From an uncultured delta proteobacterium (lineage in GTDB: Bacteria; Desulfobacterota; Binatia; UBA9968): a DNA stretch of 64,000 bases. The translations under genes and the position numbers were made by a program. Under the pieces are notes generated by a model. It ran no database searches. It was not told the origin of the DNA and saw nothing but the letters and a program-made list of their open reading frames with translations. The stretch is taken from the NCBI GenBank assembly GCA_963801935.1, contig CAWDHA010000011.1, forward strand, positions 25,923-89,922, given 5' to 3'. How positions within the stretch are numbered: the first letter of the stretch is position 1; each line of letters starts with the position of its first letter. Below are positions 1 through 8,688 of this stretch, piece after piece.

Positions 1-996
1 CTCGCCGGGATAGTTCTCGGCGAGATGTTTTCCGATCAGCCGGTTTAGCTCGGTCGGACTTAGGGGATCTTTGCCGTCGATATTTTCAATGACTGCGCCG
101 ATCACTTCTTCCACTGTATCGAGGTTGGTTTCAGGTTCGAGCGTATCGGTGACCCGATTGAGCTTTCGGCGCGCCAACTCGGTATCGTTGAACTTGGGAT
201 CGTACTTGTAGTGTTTAAGCCCGATCGACGAGACCAGGCCGTGAGCCATGAGCGCGCCGGTGCATGAAATCGCATGGATCAAGCCGCTCTCTATCATATC
301 GCAGATGACCAGGTCCATCTTCGCTACCGTCATGGCGCCGCTGACTGTTAAAAATCGCGCGCAGTTCTTGTCGCGCGCCATCGTTTCCAGCGCTTTGGCG
401 CCTTTGGCAACCTGCTGAGCGATGCCGCCGTATGGCGCAAGCTCACCGATCAGCGCCCTTACCGAAGTGGGCTTATCATCGAGCCACTGCTCGAGGGCGC
501 GGTATATGACCGGCATGACGTATCGTGGATCGGCGAAAACCGCATCGGGGAAAAACCCGTCTCTGATCTGTCCCGGACGCGCCATGTCGAAGGCATTGAT
601 GAACAGCGCGCGCGCCGGTTTTTTGTAGATTGCTTCCTCATAGCGCTCGGAAAATGGGCCGACGACGATGACATTCTCGCCGCCGCCGCGGCGCATGTAT
701 TCGGCAGGCTGGAGGATCTTGGCGCACCATTTTTTCTTGACGAACTCCTGGAGAAGATTACCGAGCGGCGAGCTCAGCCGGCCGTCGTAAACGATCACGG
801 GCTTTTTCGGCGCGCCGATCATTTCGCGGATTGTCTGCGCGACTTCGGCGAGCATGCGCGCGCCAAAGGCGCAATACTTCATGGCATCGACGATCTCGCC
901 GACGCTATTGGACTTTTTCAAATCAAGGGATTTGAGTTCTTCGAATTGCAACTGGACCGGCGCCTGTCTCTTGATGGAATCTTTACGTCGTAACAC
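1..996 (-). CDS. deoxyhypusine-synthase-like NAD-binding protein (partial; 3' end beyond window start)
   Basis: Minus-strand reading frame is open from the window edge up to a stop at 1012-1014. Candidate starts are GTG 996 or ATG 882. The N-terminal helix ...CAFGARMLAEVAQTIREMI resembles the DHS GFQATN..A...MI helix. The motifs FLTVSGAMTVAKMDLVICDMIESGLIHAISCTGALMAHGL and ELARRKLNRVTDTLEP resemble DHS FLGYTSNLISSGIRE..VDVLVTTAGGVEED and ELRENGINRIGNLLVP. A large insertion relative to eukaryotic DHS makes family assignment tentative. Confidence 0.4.
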   Translation of the reverse strand, partial: MLRRKDSIKRQAPVQLQFEELKSLDLKKSNSVGEIVDAMKYCAFGARMLAEVAQTIREMIGAPKKPVIVYDGRLSSPLGNLLQEFVKKKWCAKILQPAEYMRRGGGENVIVVGPFSERYEEAIYKKPARALFINAFDMARPGQIRDGFFPDAVFADPRYVMPVIYRALEQWLDDKPTSVRALIGELAPYGGIAQQVAKGAKALETMARDKNCARFLTVSGAMTVAKMDLVICDMIESGLIHAISCTGALMAHGLVSSIGLKHYKYDPKFNDTELARRKLNRVTDTLEPETNLDTVEEVIGAVIENIDGKDPLSPTELNRLIGKHLAENYPGE

Positions 997-1034
997 GGCC
1001 GTCTTGCGCCGTCAATTTTGTCCGAAGTGCAGAT

Positions 1035-1115
1035 CGTTCAAAGTTCAAAGTGGTTCGAAGCTTTCGCTCGTCGTCGGGCTTCACACGTTGAACTTTGAAC
1101 ATTGAACCTTGAACC
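1035..1115. repeat. heptad-repeat palindromic hairpin (AGTTCAA units / complement TTGAACT), in divergent promoter region
   Basis: gttcaaagttcaaagtggttcgaag ... cacgttgaactttgaacattgaaccttgaac. The two arms are reverse complements built from tandem 7-mers. Local GC is lower than the flanks. Confidence 0.5.
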
Positions 1116-1171
1116 GCGATTCTAGATGTCATAAGAAGAGAGAACAGTCCAACCGAAAGCGAGGTACGTAT

Positions 1172-2230
1172 ATGAGCATAGCCGCCACCGCCTATACGCC
1201 GGAAACGGTGCTCGCCGGAGAAAAGATCATCTCGGCGGATTCCCATATCATTGAGCCGGACGATCTCTGGGTTAAAAATCTGCCGCCGTCATTGAAGGGT
1301 AAGTATCCCGACTTTCCAAAGCGTAGCTCGCCCGGTGAGAAAACCGGCGGTTGGGATCCCAGGGCGCGCATCGACGAAATGGAAGTCGATGGCGTTAGCG
1401 CTGAAGTGCTTTACCCCACTCTTGGATTACGCCTTTTTGCCCTCGAAGACGCCGAGCTCCAGGAAGCTTGCTTCAAGATCGCCAACGATTGGATGATCGA
1501 TTATTGCACGGTGACGCCCGGTCGGCTGATCGGTATTCCAATGATCTCGCTGTACAACATCAAGAATGCGATCGCAGAGCTGGAGCGCTGTAAAAAAGCC
1601 GGGCTCATCGGCTGTTTGATCTGGCAGGTACCGCCCGAGCATTTACGCTTTACCAGCGATTATTATGATCCCTTTTGGGAAGCGGCGGCCAACTTGGACA
1701 TGCCGGTAAACCTGCACATCCTGACGGGTTTCAACTACAGCAGGTGGGAACGCAAGGGCCTCGACAGTTACAAGACCGCGGTGAACGATAAGTTAAACGA
1801 CGCGGCGAATAGTTTATTTGATCTGGTCTTCACCGGCGTGCTGGCGCGCTTTCCAAAGTTAAAATTGGTGTACGTCGAAAACGAATGCGCCTGGCTGCCG
1901 TTCTACATGCATGAATGGGACAAATACTATGTGCGCTTCAAAAACAGAACGCCTCTCCCATTCATGAAGAAGCTTCCAGGAGAGTACGTCGCCGAGCAGG
2001 TTTATGCGACCTTCTTTAGCGACCCTGCTGGCGGTTTGCTCATGAACCGTTACGGCCAAGATACGTTCATGTGGTCAAATGACTACCCGCACGCGGCTTC
2101 CACCTGGCCGCACTCACGCAAGGTGATCTCCGAAGAACTCGGTCATCTCCCCAAAGATGTTTTGAGAAAGGTCGTGCGCGAGAACGTCATCAAGCTCTAT
2201 AATTTAAAAATCGACGGCATCAACAACTGA
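1172..2230 (+). CDS. amidohydrolase family 2 (ACMSD/LigW-type metal-dependent hydrolase/decarboxylase)
   Basis: ATG at 1172 is preceded by GAGG. The N-terminal ...SADSHIIEPDDLW... matches the D-x-H-x metal motif, and the C-terminal ...WSNDYPH... is typical of PF04909. The upstream extension to 1109 lacks an RBS. Confidence 0.8.
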   Translation: MSIAATAYTPETVLAGEKIISADSHIIEPDDLWVKNLPPSLKGKYPDFPKRSSPGEKTGGWDPRARIDEMEVDGVSAEVLYPTLGLRLFALEDAELQEACFKIANDWMIDYCTVTPGRLIGIPMISLYNIKNAIAELERCKKAGLIGCLIWQVPPEHLRFTSDYYDPFWEAAANLDMPVNLHILTGFNYSRWERKGLDSYKTAVNDKLNDAANSLFDLVFTGVLARFPKLKLVYVENECAWLPFYMHEWDKYYVRFKNRTPLPFMKKLPGEYVAEQVYATFFSDPAGGLLMNRYGQDTFMWSNDYPHAASTWPHSRKVISEELGHLPKDVLRKVVRENVIKLYNLKIDGINN

Positions 2231-2387
2231 ACGGACGCGAATAGGACTCATTTAAGTTTTAAGGTTTTGGCCACTCCTTCGGTGGCCAAAACCTTTTCCG
2301 CTCTTCCGTCATTATTGTCAGGCTATCACCTGATCTCGCCATCGAGCTGCAGCGCTTACCGTCAATGCTCCGAAAGGAGACACTTGT

Positions 2388-3473
2388 ATGCCGATCATCG
2401 ATGCCGATACGCATGTCGATGAGACAGAAGCGACTTGGGAATACCTGCGTGATTATGAACAAGACTTCAAGCCGACCACGCAGTATCCCGGCCATGTCGA
2501 TCCCAAGCGGGCGCCGATGCGCTACTGGCTCATCGATGGTCATCGCCAGATGCGCTTTACCCGCGACGACGGCAACACGCGCACGACGGTTCAGACCCGT
2601 GAACTTTTGGACGTCCAGGCGCGTCTGCGCGATATGGACAAGATGGGCACAGAAGTCCAGGTGCTCTATCCCACCTTGTTTCTGATGGAAGCCACCGAGC
2701 GCCCCGAAGTCTCCACCGCCCTGAAGCGCAGTTATAACCACTGGCTCGCTGATCGTTGCGCCGAGTCGCGCGGCCGCCTGCGCTGGGTTTGCCTGCCGCC
2801 GCTGATGAACATGGAAGAGACCATTAAAGAGCTGCAATTCGCCAAGGACCATGGCGCCTGCGGTATTCTTAAAAAAGGCGATCTCGAAGCCGGCAAGTGG
2901 CCTGCCGATTCCTATTTCTCACCGCTTTACGAGGAAGCGAACCGCCTCGATCTGCCGATCTGCGTGCACATCGGCTCGGGCACGCCGGATTTCGTTCCCG
3001 CGCGCGAATTTTCGCTGGGCTCGTTTATGCGCTCGCAGCTCCCGACCGTGCACGCGTTTCACACGATCATCCGCCATCAACTGCCGGTCAAATATCCCAG
3101 GCTGCGCTTCGGCATTATCGAAGCGGGTTGTTCCTGGATTCCCTTCGTTGCTTGGGAATTGAAACGGCGCATGGAAAAGGCCGCAGACGGCGCCGGCACC
3201 TTCAGCCAGTTCGCGCGCTACAGCCTCTCTTCAGAATTGCTCAAGGCCAACCGCATGTATGTCACCTGCCAAGTCGACGAAGACTTGCCCTATATTCTAA
3301 AGGTCGCCGGCGAAGACAACTTGATGATCGGCTCGGACTACACGCACCGCGATTCTTCGATGGAATATGAATTCCCGCGCTTGTTAAAAGAACGCGCCGA
3401 TAACGGCGAGGTTTCCCATTTGGCGCTGCAAAAGATTCTTTACGACAATGCGAAAACTTTCTATGGATTGTGA
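2388..3473 (+). CDS. amidohydrolase family 2 (ACMSD-like)
   Basis: RBS GAAAGGAG upstream. MPIIDADTHVDETE (DxH motif); ...GSDYTHRD... C-terminal motif. Paralogous to 1172..2230. Confidence 0.8.
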   Translation: MPIIDADTHVDETEATWEYLRDYEQDFKPTTQYPGHVDPKRAPMRYWLIDGHRQMRFTRDDGNTRTTVQTRELLDVQARLRDMDKMGTEVQVLYPTLFLMEATERPEVSTALKRSYNHWLADRCAESRGRLRWVCLPPLMNMEETIKELQFAKDHGACGILKKGDLEAGKWPADSYFSPLYEEANRLDLPICVHIGSGTPDFVPAREFSLGSFMRSQLPTVHAFHTIIRHQLPVKYPRLRFGIIEAGCSWIPFVAWELKRRMEKAADGAGTFSQFARYSLSSELLKANRMYVTCQVDEDLPYILKVAGEDNLMIGSDYTHRDSSMEYEFPRLLKERADNGEVSHLALQKILYDNAKTFYGL

Positions 3474-3631
3474 GCGAAATAGGCGTTCACGAACTCTGCA
3501 CTTATGCCGATTCGTGCTAAGGCCAGCACTAACAATATTCAAAACTATCGACGATGACGCAGGATTGAGTGGCTGGATTTTACTTCATTCTGCCGCTTTC
3601 ATCCTTCTTTTTTTCTAACCACGGAGGCACT

Positions 3632-4795
3632 ATGGCCGGCGCGCTCGATGATGTTCGCGTAATTGATTTCACCCACGCTTTGAATGGGCCGTTCTGTACC
3701 ATGATGCTCGGTCACATGGGCGCGGAGATCATCAAGATCGAGCCGCCGGCGGGCGATGGTTTTCGCCGCTCGTGGATGCCGCCCGGCGCCAAAGTAGACG
3801 CCTATGAGTTCTTATGGATCAACGCTAATAAGAAGAGCGTTGCGCTGAACCTGAAAACCGAGCGCGGCGTCGAGATCGCGCGCCAGCTGATCGACCGCGC
3901 CGACGTGGTGGTAGAAAACTATCACACCGGGACGATGGAAAAATTTGGTCTCGGCTATGACACGCTGAAAGCGATCAATCCCCGGCTGATCTACGCATGC
4001 TCGCGCGGCTTTGGTGAGAGTGGACCATACAAGGATTATGGCAGCACCGCGCAAACCAACAACAGCATGACCGGCTGGACGCACACCGGATGGAGCTACA
4101 GCCGCGCGCCGGGAACCAAAGCTATCGGCATCGGCGACGAGGCCGCAGGCGTCAGCATGGTGTGCGGCATCCTCGCCGCGCTGCACGCGCGCCAACGAAC
4201 CGGCGAGGGACAGCGGATCGTCGTGTCAATGCAAGAGGCGCTACTCGGTTTTATGATCAGCGAGTTTCACGAGCATTTCTCCGGCATTGAAGTCGGCAAC
4301 TATCCTATCCCGGTTGCGGATGGTTACTTCACGCTCCGCGTACCGGATCTCAGCGACAGTGGTTGGGTCAAGCTGACGCGGCTCATGGAACGCGATGACC
4401 TAGCCGATGATGCGCGTTTCGCCAACCCTCAGACGCGCCGCCAGAATCGCTCAGAGCTCCAGGAATTGATCAAAACATGGGCGCGCGGCAAAACACGTCA
4501 CGCGCTTTGGGACGGCTTGAGAAGCATCGACTATTTTGGCGCGCCGGTTCTGTCGATGGGCGAAGTGCTGGAAGATCCGCACATCAAGGAGCGCCAAGCG
4601 TTCATCGAGCGCGATCATCCAAGCGCCGGGCCGACCAAGTTGCTGGCGCCGTGGATCCATATGTCTGAGACGCCGGCAAGCATCCGCGCCGACTCGCCTG
4701 CTCTCGGGCAACACACCGATAAAGTTTTGAGCGAAATTCTGGGCTTGAAAGCTTTTGAGCTGGCGGAACTGCGAATGCAGGGTGTGGTGACATAG
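3632..4795 (+). CDS. CoA-transferase family III (CaiB/BaiF)
   Basis: RBS GGAGG then ATG 3632. DDVRVIDFTHALNGPFCTMMLGHMGAEIIKIEPP is the canonical family-III CoA-transferase N-terminus. Length ~390 aa. Confidence 0.8.
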   Translation: MAGALDDVRVIDFTHALNGPFCTMMLGHMGAEIIKIEPPAGDGFRRSWMPPGAKVDAYEFLWINANKKSVALNLKTERGVEIARQLIDRADVVVENYHTGTMEKFGLGYDTLKAINPRLIYACSRGFGESGPYKDYGSTAQTNNSMTGWTHTGWSYSRAPGTKAIGIGDEAAGVSMVCGILAALHARQRTGEGQRIVVSMQEALLGFMISEFHEHFSGIEVGNYPIPVADGYFTLRVPDLSDSGWVKLTRLMERDDLADDARFANPQTRRQNRSELQELIKTWARGKTRHALWDGLRSIDYFGAPVLSMGEVLEDPHIKERQAFIERDHPSAGPTKLLAPWIHMSETPASIRADSPALGQHTDKVLSEILGLKAFELAELRMQGVVT

Positions 4796-4805
4796 TAGCC
4801 GTGCT

Positions 4806-4890
4806 CCAGTTTCTAGTTTCTGGTTTCAAGTTTCTCGTTTTAATCCAGGCTTCTGTTTTCCTAGAACCAGAGACCTGAAACCAGAAACTG
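4806..4890. terminator. heptad-repeat palindromic hairpin (GTTTC units) between convergent genes
   Basis: cagtttctagtttctggtttcaagtttctcg ... agaaccagagacctgaaaccagaaactgaac. The arms are reverse complements. Lies between the CoA-transferase (+) and LLM oxidoreductase (-) 3' ends. Confidence 0.5.
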
Positions 4891-4892
4891 AA

Positions 4893-5903
4893 CTAATCCG
4901 CCAAAGCTTTGATCAACCGCTCCGCCGACTCCCTGCCGCGGGGAAACGGCGCGACGATAACGCGCGTGCAGCCGGCGCTAAAATAATTATCGAGGGTGCG
5001 CCGGATATCATCACCGTTTCCGGCACCAACGAACGACGTTGCCAAAGGTTCGCTCACCTGTTCTTCAGCGCGCTCGATTTCACCTCGCGCCACTAGATCT
5101 TTTAGAGCGAGAAGCGCATCGCGATATTCCGGACGCTGAGTTTCGATCATGCGGTCCGGGTTGCCACGCAAGCGTTGTATAAAAGTAGCCCGGGCATGGC
5201 CGAGGGCCGTGGCGCGATCCTCGTGGGCGCAACACGTTGCAATGGCCGTCAATTCGAGCCGGTTCGGATCGCGTCCGGCTTTGCGGGCGGCGTCATGAAA
5301 CTGCTGCGCTGAGAAGTTGGCAATGTAGTAAGGCGATACGACGTTGGTCAATAATCCGTCGGCAATTTCGCCCGCCAGGGCCACCATGCGAGGCCGGGTA
5401 GCGCCAATGTAGATCGGCAAATCAAGCCGCGTCCGGCTGAAGCCGAGTTTGCTGTTGACGCCGGAGAAGCAGCGGCCGTCGTGAGTGAATTGCTCGGCGG
5501 TGAGGGCTTTACGCAGGAACCCGACATATTCCCGCAGCCGAGCCATCGGCGCTTCCAGTGGAATGCCATGCGCAAGATCATTCCAGGGATGGTGGCCGAC
5601 GCTCAAACCCAGGCGCACGCGACCCTGAGACAGCTCGTCCAGGGTGGCCGCCGCCATCGCTATCTGGAACGCCGAGCGGGTATAGACGTTGACGATCGCC
5701 GTGCCGACGCCTATCGATTGGGTGACCGTTGCTATGGCGGAGAGCATGGCGATCGAATCCCTGCCGATGTCTTCGTTGAGCCACATGCTTTCGAAGCCGG
5801 CGCTTTCCGCCTGCCGCGCCAGCTCGATAACATCGCGTGCCGACAATTCGCTGCCGTGGCCGTCGTCTTTAAAGTCAATGCCGATGGGCCGTTTTTGCAT
5901 CAT
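4893..5903 (-). CDS. LLM-class (luciferase-like) flavin-dependent oxidoreductase
   Basis: 336 aa. TIM-barrel LLM signatures: ...SMWLNEDIGRDS..., ...LGLSVGHHPW..., ...IYIGATRPRMVALAGEIADG... Confidence 0.7.
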   Translation of the reverse strand: MMQKRPIGIDFKDDGHGSELSARDVIELARQAESAGFESMWLNEDIGRDSIAMLSAIATVTQSIGVGTAIVNVYTRSAFQIAMAAATLDELSQGRVRLGLSVGHHPWNDLAHGIPLEAPMARLREYVGFLRKALTAEQFTHDGRCFSGVNSKLGFSRTRLDLPIYIGATRPRMVALAGEIADGLLTNVVSPYYIANFSAQQFHDAARKAGRDPNRLELTAIATCCAHEDRATALGHARATFIQRLRGNPDRMIETQRPEYRDALLALKDLVARGEIERAEEQVSEPLATSFVGAGNGDDIRRTLDNYFSAGCTRVIVAPFPRGRESAERLIKALAD

Positions 5904-5923
5904 AAGTATTTTCCTTGATTAAC

Positions 5924-7030
5924 TCATTTCATAAATTCTTTTTGGAAATAATCGCCCCATGCGTCGCTTTTGTCTTGAATAATCTCCGGGCTCAGATAAT
6001 GCGCCTTTTTGATTTTTCCGCCGCCCGGCTTGAGGTCCACATGCAGAGCCGGCATGTCCGGATGCGATGGCAGGTAATTGGCGAGCTGCACGACTTTCTG
6101 GCCTTTCCTCGAAAGTAGAAAGTCGAGGAATAGCATTGCCGCATGCGGCCGCGGCGCATGGCGCGCCAAGCCTACGGTATTAATGGTCGCGGTGACGGGG
6201 TCGAGCGGCTGCCACTCGACCGGCGCGCCGGCTTGCTTGCTGATGAAAGCATGGTGATTAAAAATCTGAATCGCAATGGGATATTCGCCGGCGATCACCA
6301 GGTCGAGTATCTGGCGCGCGCTGGCGGTGCTTTTTGCGATGTTCTGCTGTTTTAATCTTTGCAGATAAGCTTTGCCTTTTTCTTCGCCCATTGTCAGAAG
6401 AATGTTGCCGATGAATTGCGGCGCGCCGGAACCGCTGCTGGTGGACCACATCATCTGACCCTTCCAGCGCGGATGAAGCAGATCTTCATAGGTTTTTGGC
6501 AGTTCGGCGGCTTTCACGGCGCGCGTGTTGTAACCCAGGGTCATGAAATAAACGTTGGTGCTGCCCCAGAAACCTTTAGCATCCTTCAGCTCGGGCGGAT
6601 ACTCAGCCAGATGGGGTGAATGAAAACGCTGCATATAGCCGGCTTGTTTGACCATTGTAGTTGCGGCGCTGCCGCTGATGAGATCGACGTCGTAGCGCTT
6701 CGCTTGATATTCGGCCAGGACTCTCTGGGCGATGCGCTCCGAGTTGCCGCGAAAGAACTCCACTTGGACAAAAGGATAGTCCTTTTCAAACGCTTGCTTC
6801 AGCGGCCGCACCACTTGATCGACGATCAGGCCGGTGTAGAACATGACTTTGCCTTCTTTTTTTGCGCCCTCGATTAAAACTTTTTCGCGGTTGGCAGCTT
6901 TAAGCAGCGCGACCTCTTCGACGCCCGCCGCTAATGATACGCCTTTGCTGGACAATACGGCCGCCATGAAGAAGGCCAATGCCATCATTTCAAACTTTAC
7001 GCTGAACGGACCGCCTCGCCTTGTCATCAC
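5924..7030 (-). CDS. extracellular solute-binding protein family 1 (Fe3+/polyamine-type periplasmic SBP), orphan
   Basis: Signal peptide MMALAFFMAAVLSS... then EGAKKEGKVMFYTG... (typical class-II SBP start). Paralogous to 31792..32841 and 36377..37510. No permease or ATPase adjacent. True start may be the internal Met at 6988. Confidence 0.65.
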   Translation of the reverse strand: MMTRRGGPFSVKFEMMALAFFMAAVLSSKGVSLAAGVEEVALLKAANREKVLIEGAKKEGKVMFYTGLIVDQVVRPLKQAFEKDYPFVQVEFFRGNSERIAQRVLAEYQAKRYDVDLISGSAATTMVKQAGYMQRFHSPHLAEYPPELKDAKGFWGSTNVYFMTLGYNTRAVKAAELPKTYEDLLHPRWKGQMMWSTSSGSGAPQFIGNILLTMGEEKGKAYLQRLKQQNIAKSTASARQILDLVIAGEYPIAIQIFNHHAFISKQAGAPVEWQPLDPVTATINTVGLARHAPRPHAAMLFLDFLLSRKGQKVVQLANYLPSHPDMPALHVDLKPGGGKIKKAHYLSPEIIQDKSDAWGDYFQKEFMK

Positions 7031-7228
7031 AGGGTTCGCTCCTGCAGCCCGCTCATTATTAAGCTCAAGTCTTTGAGCCGCAACAGCGAACTGACGGAAG
7101 TAGAATAAATCATGGTCACGATATCATGTCCCGTCATTCTGAACGTGCGAAGCGAGTGAAGAGTCTCGGCTCTTTCGCAGAGTTTATCCTGAGCCGTGTC
7201 CAAGTATTTCAGGATGGCAGCCGGTAAA

Positions 7229-7270
7229 AGACTCGCCTATCGGTGTATAAGACTCGCCTATCGGTGTATA
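7229..7270. repeat. perfect 2x21-bp tandem direct repeat AGACTCGCCTATCGGTGTATA
   Basis: 7229-7249 and 7250-7270 are identical. Located ~200 bp upstream of the SBP start (7030, minus strand). Confidence 0.9.
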
Positions 7271-7496
7271 TTGTTAAACTCTTTTTGTTGAGACTCCCGT
7301 CGGCGGCCAAGTCCGAACGCTAGTCCTTGGTCCGCTGTTTTGTCAAGCCGATCCACGGCTGTTGAAAGGCGTGCGGGGTTCTCCCCCCTCAATCACTTCG
7401 GTGGTCCTTTTCAGCAGACTGCCGCGATCTCCACCTTTGGTCGCCAGTGGTAAGAAGGATGGGCCTCGGCCCCTGTTATCAGGACGCATCGGTTTG

Positions 7497-8483
7497 TTAA
7501 CTTCTAAAATGCAGTGCATGCGCGGCATTGCCACCGAGAATCAACTCGCGTTCCACTTCCGGCAGGTCCAGTTGCATGACCTTTGCCACCGGCTCGAAGT
7601 CTCCCATAGCCATGGGATAATCCGTGCCGATCACGACTCGGTCCGCACCGACGACTGTAACGAGATACTGCAAAGCCGCGACGGAATGAACAACGGTGTC
7701 GAAATACATTTGATTTAAATACGCCGACGGTTTCTGAGGAACAATCTTTTTTAGCTCTGGCCGCAAGCCGTAGGAGTGATCGAGCCGCCAGATATTGAAT
7801 GCCAGCAGTCCGCCGCCGTGGGATAAGCACAGACGCAAGTTCGGATACTTCTCGAACATCCCCTTCAAGATCATGCGCTCGACCATCAGGGTCGTCCGAA
7901 AAGTGAACTGCAGAACGTTGCCGAGAATCGGTGACAGCGGGTCGTCGGCATCCAGACCACCTTCGAGCGGATGGACAAACAGCAACATGTCTAACTCGTG
8001 AACCGTATCAAAAAAAGCCTCGAACGCCGGATCGTCGAGCGGTTTGTCGCCGACGGCGTTGCCGATCTCCAAACCTTTGAGCCCCATGGCTTTTGCTTCC
8101 CGGGCAATGGCGATGGATTCGCCAACGCTCTGTAGCGGCACGCTGCCGAAACCAACAAAGCGATCGGGATGCTTTTCGACAATTTCTTGAATCGCTTGAT
8201 TCTGCTTGCGCGAAAAGTGCGCGGCCACCGCCGACTCTTCCCAATAGAAAAGCAGAATCGGCGACGGCGAAATGGCTTGCATGTCGATGCCCATCGCATC
8301 GAGCGCTTTGATCCGCGCCGCTGGATCGTACGCGCCGGCGCCGAGCCCGGGTCGATGGCCGATCTGCGAGGTAACCGACAGTTTGCCCTGGTCCAATACT
8401 AACTTTGGCTTACGGTCTTCGTATTTGCCGGGGTTCTGCAAAGCTTCGATGGGGAAAAAATGCGAGTGGAGATCGATGTTCAC
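7497..8483 (-). CDS. amidohydrolase family 2 (ACMSD-like)
   Basis: MNIDLHSHFFP (HxH metal motif), ...VIGTDYPM..., 328 aa. Confidence 0.8.
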   Translation of the reverse strand: MNIDLHSHFFPIEALQNPGKYEDRKPKLVLDQGKLSVTSQIGHRPGLGAGAYDPAARIKALDAMGIDMQAISPSPILLFYWEESAVAAHFSRKQNQAIQEIVEKHPDRFVGFGSVPLQSVGESIAIAREAKAMGLKGLEIGNAVGDKPLDDPAFEAFFDTVHELDMLLFVHPLEGGLDADDPLSPILGNVLQFTFRTTLMVERMILKGMFEKYPNLRLCLSHGGGLLAFNIWRLDHSYGLRPELKKIVPQKPSAYLNQMYFDTVVHSVAALQYLVTVVGADRVVIGTDYPMAMGDFEPVAKVMQLDLPEVERELILGGNAAHALHFRS

Positions 8484-8568
8484 GGGAGTCTCGCGGGTGT
8501 CCCAGAAGTTGGTTGAAAAACTCCAAACAATCGCAGCGGTCGAAGGCCGCGCTCAAATCCCCCTGAAT

Positions 8569-8641
8569 CCCCCTTTTCAAAGGGGGAATTTCTTCCGTAG
8601 GATTGAAACCCCTTTGGAAAAGAGGGGAAGGGGAGATTTTT
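8569..8641. repeat. paired GC hairpins TCCCCCTTTTCAAAGGGGGA / CCCCTTTGGAAAAGAGGGGAAGGGGAG, 3' of Bug gene
   Basis: Two adjacent palindromes. The same motif set recurs at 60871-60930, 3' of another Bug paralog. Confidence 0.5.
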
Positions 8642-8688
8642 GGCGGAACGGCGCGGGAATCATGTAACGAATTTCAGCGACACGGCTG

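Noticed and set aside
2259-2852. Long antisense ORFs (e.g. 2259..2852, 5481..5918, 9140..9766, 19335..19610, 33308..33763, 38157..38672, 51098..51751)
   Set aside because: Typical high-GC antisense open frames that overlap well-supported genes on the other strand. They have Arg/Ala/Pro-rich low-complexity translations and no RBS.
7081-7228. Possible sigma-54 promoter (TGGCAG at ~7215) or small RNA in the 470-bp SBP/amidohydrolase intergenic region
   Set aside because: No TTGC element at the right spacing. There is no convincing terminator or conserved structure. Insufficient evidence.
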